Shown in pieces: positions 30,991 through 39,091 of a stretch of DNA of 63,888 bases; position 1 is the first letter of the stretch; every line of letters begins with the position of its first letter. A program made the translations under genes and the position numbers. The DNA comes from a virus. The stretch is taken from IMG/VR virus record IMGVR_UViG_3300020165_000002, one strand, 5' to 3'. The notes below the pieces were generated by a model that was not told where the DNA came from, ran no database searches, and was given only the letters and a program-made list of their open reading frames with translations.

Positions 30991-31324
30991 CTTGTATCAA
31001 AGATATTTTTACGTTTTCCCATTTACCACCTTTCAAGTCGTAATCAACAAGAAAATCAATTCTCTTCTTCCATCTTTTATTCATTCTGTCCTCTACAGTC
31101 CATACGCCATTCATGTCTCCTGCGTTTTCGACACATACTTTTGCGCCAAACACAAAACCGTATTCTTCTAAATCTCTACTAACAGCTATCCATCTGTGAG
31201 ATCCAGGTGATTGTGAATTAATTTTTTTTAATGATGCAGTTGTTAAGTAATCTGCATTACATTGTTTTGGGTCGGCATGGTAAATTGTTGCCGTAACCAT
31301 AATTGCTAATACTATTGTTTTCAT
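30977..31324 (-). CDS. secreted 3D/RlpA-like (DPBB) domain protein (putative)
   Basis: 115 aa with a signal-like N-terminus 'MKTIVLAIMVTATIY'. 'HRWIAVSRDL..GAKVCVENAGDMNGVWTVEDRM..RIDFLV' resembles 3D-domain cell-wall proteins. Confidence 0.4.
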   Translation of the reverse strand: MKTIVLAIMVTATIYHADPKQCNADYLTTASLKKINSQSPGSHRWIAVSRDLEEYGFVFGAKVCVENAGDMNGVWTVEDRMNKRWKKRIDFLVDYDLKGGKWENVKISLIQDEGY

Positions 31325-33078
31325 AATTCTAGTTTTTTAAATTCAACATCTAAACTTTTTGTTAATTCATAAGGATTGCCTTTTTCTGTCAACCAATTTG
31401 TGTTGTCCCATACAGGTGATCCATCCCTTAAATCTGTGTATCTTCCGTTGTTTACATTCCAACAATAATCTACATGAGCTTGATTCTCTCCAAGATTCGC
31501 AAACTTTACTTTCAATACCTTAATCTTTACTGTACCTGCCTCAAAATCACGATGTACTAATATTCCGTGAGGACTCATGTCGTAAAATTCACCTCCACCC
31601 TTCACATCGTAGAATGTTGGCTCAATTAATTTACCTTTATCATTTTGAGGTTTTGTTGGGTGAGCTACAAGAATACATACAACGTCATTTTTTTTACAAA
31701 AATTATCTATTTTATTCAAATAAGCATTTGTATAGTCAGTTATACTTAGATTCATATTTGATTTGTCTCTTATCTTGTTGTATGGGTCAATAACAAGACA
31801 TCTTATACCAACCCTTCTTACAAGCTCTTCTCCTTTTTTTAATACCTTGTCTAAATCAAATCCGTCTTCATAGTTAATAAAGCAAAAGTTTTTATTAATA
31901 TGGTTTACGCACCTTCTCCATGATTCTGTTTTAGTGTCTTTGTACTCTGGAGTATTTCCATATAGTTTTCTTATTAACTTGTCAACATGTAGGTATTGCG
32001 GGTAGTTTTCTGTTGAAGCATAAGCTGTTTTCCATCCGTACATCATATTGTATCCTATAGTCATTTGGTCCACAAAGTCCGACTTACCACTACTTGGAAA
32101 TCCAGTTACTACTACAAATTGCTTTGTGTATGTTGAGAATATAGAGTCAAATCCATCTAAACCAATTTTAAAACCATTCTTAACACCGCCTTTATAAAAT
32201 TCATCTAAGTCAGCCTCCATATCAGAAACTCTTAGTACATTTTCTATTGGGCATGGTATTGCTGTTTTTATGACGTTCCTTAGACTTTCAGAGCCATACT
32301 TGATTAAGTACTCATTCGCATCTTTACAGTCCTTTAAATCGCATAAATAAACCTTTTCTGAACCAAACCTCCTTATGAGTTCTTTCTTCCCGTTCTCGCC
32401 AGCTTCGTCAGCATCAACACAAACGTATATTTTTTTCTTATCTTCAAAGTGATAATACAAATCGTTGAGGTAATCTAAGTTTATTTGACCTGTTGCTGTA
32501 AACCCATTTGGAACACTAACAACGTTTTCAACACCAGCTTCTACAAACGAAAGACAATCTATTTCGCCTTCTACAATGACACATTCGTCTTTACCTATAA
32601 TTGAATCCATGTTATAGCAAATCTTCTTTGCTCCTTTATAGAGCTTAAAGTTTTTCTGTGCATCTCTGTATTTTACATTTACCAACTTTCCCTTATAGTT
32701 ATACTTAAACATGATTACATTCACCTCTTTGCTTACTTGAGGCATATATTCTAATCCTGCGGTCACATCTAACTTATCTAAAGTTTGGCTTGTAATACCT
32801 CTACTCTTGAACCATTCAATCATGTTATCTCCAGGTTTATTTACTTTGCGTAGCACAGGTGCCTCGTAAGTGTATTCAGCTTCTTTTTCGTAAGTATGTA
32901 GCTGTAAAACCTCTCCACAATGTTGACAAGTTCCAAGACCCCTATCCCAATCTAGCATCAAACATTTTTGAGTCTTTTTCTTTCTACTTGATGAACATTT
33001 AGGACATGTTGATTTTTTAGATTTTGTATCTAGCTTGTAAATGTTGTAGTCTTTTATTTTAAATCCGTTAATGTCCAT
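31321..33078 (-). CDS. bifunctional primase-helicase (T7 gp4-like)
   Basis: 585 aa. N-terminal Zn finger 'CPKCSS..CQHCG', TOPRIM 'VIVEGEIDCLSF..VSVPNG..DADEAG', and Walker A 'GFPSSGKS' with a DnaB/RecA-like C-terminal half. Confidence 0.8.
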   Translation of the reverse strand: MDINGFKIKDYNIYKLDTKSKKSTCPKCSSSRKKKTQKCLMLDWDRGLGTCQHCGEVLQLHTYEKEAEYTYEAPVLRKVNKPGDNMIEWFKSRGITSQTLDKLDVTAGLEYMPQVSKEVNVIMFKYNYKGKLVNVKYRDAQKNFKLYKGAKKICYNMDSIIGKDECVIVEGEIDCLSFVEAGVENVVSVPNGFTATGQINLDYLNDLYYHFEDKKKIYVCVDADEAGENGKKELIRRFGSEKVYLCDLKDCKDANEYLIKYGSESLRNVIKTAIPCPIENVLRVSDMEADLDEFYKGGVKNGFKIGLDGFDSIFSTYTKQFVVVTGFPSSGKSDFVDQMTIGYNMMYGWKTAYASTENYPQYLHVDKLIRKLYGNTPEYKDTKTESWRRCVNHINKNFCFINYEDGFDLDKVLKKGEELVRRVGIRCLVIDPYNKIRDKSNMNLSITDYTNAYLNKIDNFCKKNDVVCILVAHPTKPQNDKGKLIEPTFYDVKGGGEFYDMSPHGILVHRDFEAGTVKIKVLKVKFANLGENQAHVDYCWNVNNGRYTDLRDGSPVWDNTNWLTEKGNPYELTKSLDVEFKKLEL

Positions 33079-33814
33079 TTTGTATTATTTTAAAGTCAAA
33101 TCCTGGTTGATCGTAAAATTTCTTATCTTTCTCTAATTCAGTCTTAGTTCCACTCTTGGTGCTTTGACCTTTCCATTTCCATTTATAGCTACCAGAGTTC
33201 TTTATAGCATCAACTTTGTTGTATTTGAGCCAATTAACAAAATGAGACTTATAGTCTTTTATTGAGTTTTTAATTTCGTCAGTCATTATCAGATGATTGT
33301 GAAACGTATCCAATGCTTTATCTAAAGACTCTTTGTTAATTGAGTTTTGCATACAAACAACTTCAGCCCAAGTTGCAGAATTAAGACAATCAGTTAAAAA
33401 TATGTTATTTTTATTTTCTTGTTTTATTATATTCTTATTTATCTCTGTCGCTTGCTTGACACTTGTTTGTCGTTTGCTTGTCGTTTTCTTTTTAGTTTTA
33501 CGCTCCTCAACTTGATAACTCTCATAGTTACAGATAGTTACCTTGGTATATTTATTTGTCGTTTGCGTGTCTATTTCTCCCGTTTGTTTAAGCCTTTTTA
33601 TAGCTGTTCTTACCTTTCTGATTGGTATGTCCAGATCAACAGAAATCCTATTAAGAGACGTAATGTATTCCCCTTTAGCCACAGCTTTGCCCATAAATCT
33701 ACAATCGTCGTAGCAGGCATTTAATAGTAAGTGTATGAATATAATTTTAGTATTGGAGTCCTTGTACCATTCCCAATCGAGAATCCTCCTGTGAAGCTTG
33801 ATATACCCTTTCAT
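33068..33814 (-). CDS. replisome organiser / replication initiation wHTH protein (putative)
   Basis: N-terminus 'GYIKLHRRILDWEWYKD..' is typical of phage replication-organiser N-terminal domains. K/T-rich linker. Confidence 0.5.
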   Translation of the reverse strand: MKGYIKLHRRILDWEWYKDSNTKIIFIHLLLNACYDDCRFMGKAVAKGEYITSLNRISVDLDIPIRKVRTAIKRLKQTGEIDTQTTNKYTKVTICNYESYQVEERKTKKKTTSKRQTSVKQATEINKNIIKQENKNNIFLTDCLNSATWAEVVCMQNSINKESLDKALDTFHNHLIMTDEIKNSIKDYKSHFVNWLKYNKVDAIKNSGSYKWKWKGQSTKSGTKTELEKDKKFYDQPGFDFKIIQNGH

Positions 33815-34337
33815 TGTTTTCTTCTTTATTTGTTATAAGCTCATTGATAGTATCCGCCAAGTTATCAATAAACTCTCTGTTTTTGTATAGTTTTTCTGTA
33901 ATTTCACTGTATTTCGTTAAAAACACAATGTCTTCTTCATGGTAAATTTTCTTTGCAATCTTTTTTTTGTACTTGTTTGATTCATCGTACCTGTATTGCT
34001 CATAATCCACAAAGTATTTTACTTCGTTTTCTATTTCACCTATATACTCTTTATATTCTTTGTCGATTGAAATCCAATCTTTAACTAATTTTGAGCTATA
34101 GATTATAGTCGCATGATTGTGAGCGCTGCCACGACCTCTGTGTTTAGAGTAGTTTCCTATATCCTGTAAAGGAAGATTTGTGAATCTAGTTGCTAAGTAA
34201 AAAAACACTTTTCTTAAATCACACACCTCTCTTTTTCTTGTGTCTTGAAATATATATTGATCATCTACTTTATGTTTTTTTTCTATAACCTCTGAGATTA
34301 TATCGAGCACTTGATATTTATCTGTTTTTGTTTTCAT
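33747..34337 (-). CDS. DnaA domain IV-like helix-turn-helix DNA-binding protein
   Basis: 'CDLRKVFFYLATRFTNLPLQDIGNY..HNHATIIYSSKLV' parallels the DnaA C-terminal pattern (R..a.YL.r..t..S...IG....dHtTV.ha..k). Overlaps the next ORF by 68 nt. Confidence 0.5.
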   Translation of the reverse strand: MKTKTDKYQVLDIISEVIEKKHKVDDQYIFQDTRKREVCDLRKVFFYLATRFTNLPLQDIGNYSKHRGRGSAHNHATIIYSSKLVKDWISIDKEYKEYIGEIENEVKYFVDYEQYRYDESNKYKKKIAKKIYHEEDIVFLTKYSEITEKLYKNREFIDNLADTINELITNKEENNERVYQASQEDSRLGMVQGLQY

Positions 34338-34340
34338 AGT

Positions 34341-34370
34341 TTGTAATTAAAACCCACCCCGAAGGGTGGG
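34341..34370 (-). terminator. Rho-independent terminator (- strand)
   Basis: CCCACCC-TTCG-GGGTGGG followed by TTTTAATT on the - strand. Confidence 0.7.
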
Positions 34371-34382
34371 ATTAAGATTTAA

Positions 34383-34712
34383 TTAAAATGGTAAATGATT
34401 TAGATCATTATCGCTGACAGAATTTGAGCTTGTCTGATTTGAACCAGAGTTATCATCTTCTTTAACGCCTTTTACGACCTTTCCATCTGTCCAAATCACA
34501 GATCCGTTACCTAAGTAATGTTTTTCTGCTTTACTGGCTCTTTCATCTTGATCTTGAGCAATTGTAATAGATACGTTTTTACCGAATCTTGATTCATCAT
34601 TTACAGAAATAGTGATAGGTATGTAGCTATCTTTTTCTCCTTTAATGATTTTGTTTTTGTCGATTTTCTTCAACTCTGAAGCTTTAATCGATGCATTGAT
34701 AAGTGTTGACAT
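34383..34712 (-). CDS. single-stranded DNA-binding protein (putative)
   Basis: 109 aa. S/N/D-rich tail ending '..DNDLNHLPF', resembling the acidic SSB C-terminal tip (DDDIPF). Lies in the replication module. Confidence 0.4.
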   Translation of the reverse strand: MSTLINASIKASELKKIDKNKIIKGEKDSYIPITISVNDESRFGKNVSITIAQDQDERASKAEKHYLGNGSVIWTDGKVVKGVKEDDNSGSNQTSSNSVSDNDLNHLPF

Positions 34713-34791
34713 AGTTTATGAATTAAAAATTAAAATTAAAATTATTATTAAAAATGTTTTTATAGCTAAACGCTCTGCTTTTTCTTCGGTA

Positions 34792-35523
34792 TTATATTTC
34801 GCCATACTTAGTAAAGTTTTTAAGGTCTGCCTCTTTGTTTACAAAATACTTTAGAAATTGAGTTTCCGCTGCTTCAACTTTGTAATATCCGTTATCATAC
34901 GCTTCGTCTGATGTTTCAAATATTCCAATAAGTCCTGTACCTTTTTCTATTACTAAAAACTTCATAGGTTTTTGAAATAGTTTTGAGTATATAAACGCTT
35001 GACTATCGTAATTATAGGATCTAGAGCTGTTGCGAAAACTTTTAAGCTTTGAGCACGTCTTGATGTCGTAAACAAAATCGTCTGTAATGATATCAGCCTT
35101 ACCTTTCCATGGTATATCGTTCTCTGTCATAAAGCCTACAGAAGGAACTTCAAACTTAATATTTTTAGTATTTAGCACTTCCTTGATGTTATCATTTGAC
35201 TTGAACACATCAACCATGTTTAGTATTTCATCAGCTTCTTTTTGTAGTAAAATTATTTCTTTACCACTATCTAAAATTGCTTGTTTATAGATTTTAGTTG
35301 TACGAGTTGATGACTCAATAGCCTCCATGTTGTCGCTTTTACCAAACATAACCATTTCATGAAATGCCGACCCGTAGAGGAACGGCAATGATTGTGATTT
35401 TGGTTGGTGAAAACTATACGGATTATTGATTAGAGCATCTATGTCTGAGTTAGACAAATACTTCTGACCAAACTCACCATAGTAATGCTTGTCGTCTTGT
35501 AGTTTTTTTATTACTTTTTCCAT
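34792..35523 (-). CDS. RecB/Cas4-family PD-(D/E)XK exonuclease
   Basis: 243 aa. 'GSAFHE', 'GKADIITDDFVYDIKT' (D..D.K) and 'YDSQAFIY' (QxxxY). Confidence 0.6.
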   Translation of the reverse strand: MEKVIKKLQDDKHYYGEFGQKYLSNSDIDALINNPYSFHQPKSQSLPFLYGSAFHEMVMFGKSDNMEAIESSTRTTKIYKQAILDSGKEIILLQKEADEILNMVDVFKSNDNIKEVLNTKNIKFEVPSVGFMTENDIPWKGKADIITDDFVYDIKTCSKLKSFRNSSRSYNYDSQAFIYSKLFQKPMKFLVIEKGTGLIGIFETSDEAYDNGYYKVEAAETQFLKYFVNKEADLKNFTKYGEI

Positions 35524-35915
35524 GACGCATCCTTCCTTTTAAAGTCCTCGCTCTCATCTTCACCGAAGACACCTAGCTCGTAGAACCCTGTTAATTTTAG
35601 CACAGCTCTGCTCATAGCTCTTTTCTCTGCCATTTCCATGACATACCAGGTATTACAATTTCCATCTCTGTGAGTGGATCCTTTTAAAGCTGAGCCAAAT
35701 GTTTGAATACTGTTTTCACCAACAAGTGCGTTAGCTTTTACAACACAAAAATTTGTTTCGCAGTTAATTACATCATAAGTAATTTTGATTTTTTCACTTG
35801 CTTGGATTTTATCAATCCCAGATCTAGTGATAATAATGTAGTGTTGATGTTTAAAGACATCGTCTTTCGATAAACCGTACTTTAAGTACAGCTCTTTTAA
35901 TCTCTCTGTTTTCAT
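35511..35915 (-). CDS. possible single-strand annealing protein (weak call)
   Basis: 134 aa, directly upstream of and overlapping the exonuclease gene. 'MEMAEKRAMSRAVLKLTG' is reminiscent of Rad52/Sak-type annealases. Confidence 0.3.
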   Translation of the reverse strand: MKTERLKELYLKYGLSKDDVFKHQHYIIITRSGIDKIQASEKIKITYDVINCETNFCVVKANALVGENSIQTFGSALKGSTHRDGNCNTWYVMEMAEKRAMSRAVLKLTGFYELGVFGEDESEDFKRKDASWKK

Positions 35916-35932
35916 TTGAATAGATTTAATTA

Positions 35933-36355
35933 TTAATTAACAAATTTAGCTTTTTTCTTGTTAATATCCAAGAAATTCTTTAATGTTTTTATGGTTTCAG
36001 AAGCAATTCTGTAGTGGTATTGCTTTTCTTTGTCGTTATTTTTGATAATTGCAATTTGCATTTTCTTCTTATTGTTTTTTATGCGTTGCATAGAATTTTG
36101 CAGGTATAATTTGTCGCAAAAATCATCAATATCTCCTTCATCCAACTCTTCAATTTCATCTTCATTTAAAGGTCTGTAGATGTCTGTAGAGTTGTCGAAT
36201 ATAAAGTGATCATTGTCAATATTCATTATCGTTAAACGCCTGTAAATGTACGTGTCACCGTCATTTTTATTTTGTAGCCTACTTATTTTATTGTTTTTTC
36301 TGTTTTGATAAATTTTTACAAACCTTTCAAATATGTTCCTAGATCTATAACTCAT
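35933..36355 (-). CDS. hypothetical protein (140 aa)
   Basis: Co-oriented, packed ORF. Confidence 0.55.
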   Translation of the reverse strand: MSYRSRNIFERFVKIYQNRKNNKISRLQNKNDGDTYIYRRLTIMNIDNDHFIFDNSTDIYRPLNEDEIEELDEGDIDDFCDKLYLQNSMQRIKNNKKKMQIAIIKNNDKEKQYHYRIASETIKTLKNFLDINKKKAKFVN

Positions 36356-36357
36356 AA

Positions 36358-36609
36358 TTATATTTTTTTAGATTTATTAAAGTGTGCAATCGTGTAGTTT
36401 ACTAACTCTATAATGTCGTCTGAGTAGTGTATTGCGTTCATTCGCTCAAGTTCCTTTATGTGGTTATCGTCATCTAAATTAAATGCAGCACACATCATCT
36501 GAGTCTGGTTTTTTGCAAGCTTGTCAATCAGAGAGTAGGTTTTTTCAAACACTAAATCGTTTTTTTTACAGCTTAGCAATTCTGAGTGTAAATAGTCTTT
36601 TGTTTTCAT
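36358..36609 (-). CDS. hypothetical protein (83 aa), first gene of the replication operon
   Basis: Preceded by a TATATTTG box 22 nt upstream. Confidence 0.55.
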   Translation of the reverse strand: MKTKDYLHSELLSCKKNDLVFEKTYSLIDKLAKNQTQMMCAAFNLDDDNHIKELERMNAIHYSDDIIELVNYTIAHFNKSKKI

Positions 36610-36631
36610 AATTATATTGGATTTATATTAA

Positions 36632-36639
36632 CAAATATA
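36632..36639 (-). promoter_or_regulatory. Bacteroidetes-type -7 box TATATTTG (- strand)
   Basis: + strand caaatata, 22 nt upstream of the ATG at 36609. Confidence 0.5.
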
Positions 36640-36711
36640 GTCTTTTTTTTGTTGATAAACTAATGTTTTTAACACAAAACTGCACTACATGTGAGCGTTT
36701 TATCGCATTTT

Positions 36712-36761
36712 CAGTCGCATCTCATGTTCAGTCGCATCTCAGTCGCATCTCAGTCGCATCT
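36712..36761 (+). repeat. Iteron array: CAGTCGCATCT x4 (three abutting 11-mers at 36729-36761, one at 36712-36722, partial ATCGCAT at 36702)
   Basis: Read directly. The 11-bp period equals one helical turn. Immediately followed by GTGATTGTGA at 36765-36774. Confidence 0.85.
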
Positions 36762-36821
36762 TCGGTGATTGTGAACTGTTAAAGTATGTTTGTGCTAATG
36801 TATGTATGTTTTAATTTAATT

Positions 36822-36845
36822 AAGGCGACTTTTTTTAGCCGCCTT
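36822..36845 (-). terminator. GC-rich hairpin terminator (AAGGCGAC-N-GCCGCCTT family)
   Basis: Downstream of the stop at 36893, followed by a T/A-rich run on the - strand. Confidence 0.5.
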
Positions 36846-36892
36846 TGTATACTTAAGTATTTACTTTTGTATTTTATTGTAAACTATCGTGT

Positions 36893-37099
36893 TTACTTTT
36901 GTATTGTTTGTACTATTTTACCACTTATATGATGTACTATAAATGATTTATTGTTATTGTTGTTTGGATTGTAACAACTGTCAATACTGTTTCCGTCATC
37001 ATCAATCCATACTGTTACACCTCTTTTATCAAGCGTCCAACCGTTTTCTTTTGCAACTTTTTTCCAAAATTTTATTGCATCGTTTACTAATTTTTCCAT
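36893..37099 (-). CDS. hypothetical protein (68 aa)
   Basis: ORF bracketed by two hairpin terminators. Confidence 0.5.
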   Translation of the reverse strand: MEKLVNDAIKFWKKVAKENGWTLDKRGVTVWIDDDGNSIDSCYNPNNNNNKSFIVHHISGKIVQTIQK

Positions 37100-37179
37100 A
37101 TTATCTGTATAGTTTTTTTAATTATCTTATCTTATTGTGTTTCTTATGTAAAGATTTACTTTTGTTATTATTATTTGAA

Positions 37180-37203
37180 AAGGCGACTAATTATCGCCGC
37201 CTC
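37180..37203 (-). terminator. GC-rich hairpin terminator (same family as 36822)
   Basis: GGCGA-TAATTAG-TCGCC followed by TTTTC on the - strand. Overlaps the 3' end of the mini-ORF. Confidence 0.55.
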
Positions 37204-37315
37204 TTCCTCCACATGAAAGAAATATACCAATCATAAGTATAATCCAAACAATATAATGTAGTATAGTTATTATGTAAGATTGTATAATTCGTAAGTAATA
37301 TTTTATTTTTTTCAT
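37196..37315 (-). CDS. possible 39-aa hydrophobic peptide
   Basis: ATG lies 4 nt after the stop of the 590-aa ORF. Sequence 'MKKIKYYLRIIQSYIITILHYIVWIILMIGIFLSCGGRGGDN'. Below the track cutoff. Confidence 0.35.
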
Positions 37316-37318
37316 ATT

Positions 37319-39091
37319 TTAACTTAAGAATTGTTCAAGTTGGTCTAAAGTTACATCTTCATGTACTGTATAGTCAATATTGTTTAGTCTTATTGTTACT
37401 GATTGTGATTCAAGTATATCACCTTTGACCATACAATGAACACTTTCATTTATTAGTATATAAGAACTTATAACATCTGAGAATACAACATCATCACAGT
37501 GTGCATAATTATTATCGTGTTCCATATAGACAACGTCTTCTGATTCTTTGAATACGCAACTATTGTCTACAGTTCTTACCATATCATCTATATGATAAGT
37601 TTCACTATTCCAATCGCAGAAAAACGTATCATCATTATGATAATAACCTTCTTCAACAGTACCGTATTCTATGTAACTTACATCATCTTCGTGATATCTT
37701 TCACCATTTACACATAATGCACCGCCTGCCTCACCTCCGTCTGTAGAGTCAAGTGTATGAGTATCGTTATTACTGTCGTTTGTAAGCTCTAATTTTTTGG
37801 AGTATATACATTCAGTATATTTGAAGGTGTCCATATATGGCATGTAGTCACTATTACGTTCAAGTGTTATTGTATATTCACCTTCTATAATTTCACCTAC
37901 TGTAGTTACAAATTCTGTGTCATTGGAATAGCTCTGTACTTTTTTATGCATATAACCATTTTCGTGTGCCCACTTTTTAAATGCGTTTCTTGTTATTTCA
38001 TTGCCATAAATTCTATCCATTATTAATGTTTTACAATCTGTATACCAAAGTAGTGCACGTCCTATAATACCCTCTTCTGTATTAGCAATTAGCATTTTTA
38101 CTTTATCAGGATTGTCAACATATATGTCAAAGAAATCCTGACAAGAGTCATGTCTCATACAAGAGTTTCCTAGTGATTCTGTGTTACCGCTAGCATATTG
38201 GTCGTAATGATAATAATGACGTATATCCTCACCCTTTACTATTTCCATTTTACCTAGGAATGTGTAATCTGCTTTGAGTGATTGTGATATATTTTGTATA
38301 TCAACCATGCTAGTTGGTGGTAAATCAGGTTGATTTAGTATAGCACGTATACCTTTACCGTATTTTATTTCTTGTCTACGGTCTCTAGCCCATACTGTTC
38401 CTTGGTCACTATCTACAGTTCTACATTGTTTACCTTTAGGTAAGCAAGTCATTTTACCTTCTTTGTTTATTGTGAAGTTTCTGACAGTGTCTATATGATA
38501 GTTAGTATTATCTATTAAATTTAATACGCGTCCAAGTTTTCCGATACGTTGCGTATCGTGGTCACGTTTAAATAAATCATCAGTACTTGGTTGCATTCTG
38601 TCAATAATTCTACCAATTTTACTTTTTAATGTTTCAGACATCATTGAGTATTTACGACTACGTTTAGAGTTGTACATATTGTATTGCATTTTTACAATAT
38701 CATATATCTTTAGTTTGTAGTCTCCAAGGTCAAGTGTTTCATTATAGTCATCTAGTTTGAAATCAACAGAAAACATTCTATTAGTACTATCTTCAAATGT
38801 TTCATGTTCAATCAGATACTTAAAGTATATAGATGAACGTAATTTAGCTACAATTTTTTTAGCTGTTCGTGCAGCAAACAGTGTACTGCAATCGCATTCT
38901 TGAATTTTACATGCTAGATTGTATATACTCATAGTTCTATCAGAATATATGCTTTGTGCTATACTTGTGCATACGTTTAGTATCTTCATGTGTAGTGCAT
39001 GGTTACTTTGGTCGTCTGGTAGCTTGAATGTTTTGATGTAGTCATCATTGATTACATTTCTTACTGCGTCTTGTATTATAATGTCTAGCAT
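37319..39091 (-). CDS. hypothetical early protein (590 aa), Cys/His/Asp-rich C-terminus
   Basis: Long ORF with a conserved-looking 'GNSCMRHDSCQDFF..GRALLW..DRIYG' core. No family assigned by eye. Confidence 0.6.
   Translation of the reverse strand: MLDIIIQDAVRNVINDDYIKTFKLPDDQSNHALHMKILNVCTSIAQSIYSDRTMSIYNLACKIQECDCSTLFAARTAKKIVAKLRSSIYFKYLIEHETFEDSTNRMFSVDFKLDDYNETLDLGDYKLKIYDIVKMQYNMYNSKRSRKYSMMSETLKSKIGRIIDRMQPSTDDLFKRDHDTQRIGKLGRVLNLIDNTNYHIDTVRNFTINKEGKMTCLPKGKQCRTVDSDQGTVWARDRRQEIKYGKGIRAILNQPDLPPTSMVDIQNISQSLKADYTFLGKMEIVKGEDIRHYYHYDQYASGNTESLGNSCMRHDSCQDFFDIYVDNPDKVKMLIANTEEGIIGRALLWYTDCKTLIMDRIYGNEITRNAFKKWAHENGYMHKKVQSYSNDTEFVTTVGEIIEGEYTITLERNSDYMPYMDTFKYTECIYSKKLELTNDSNNDTHTLDSTDGGEAGGALCVNGERYHEDDVSYIEYGTVEEGYYHNDDTFFCDWNSETYHIDDMVRTVDNSCVFKESEDVVYMEHDNNYAHCDDVVFSDVISSYILINESVHCMVKGDILESQSVTIRLNNIDYTVHEDVTLDQLEQFLS

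Noticed and set aside
36712-36761. Short tandem repeats that superficially look like a CRISPR array
   Set aside because: The 11-nt units abut with no spacers, there are no cas genes, and the array sits in a promoter-proximal intergenic region. It is better described as an iteron or operator array.
36765-36774. The polar word as a DnaA box
   Set aside because: TGATTGTGA/TCACAATCA does not align with the canonical TTATCCACA/TGTGGATAA box in either orientation. Any link to the DnaA-like HTH protein is speculative.
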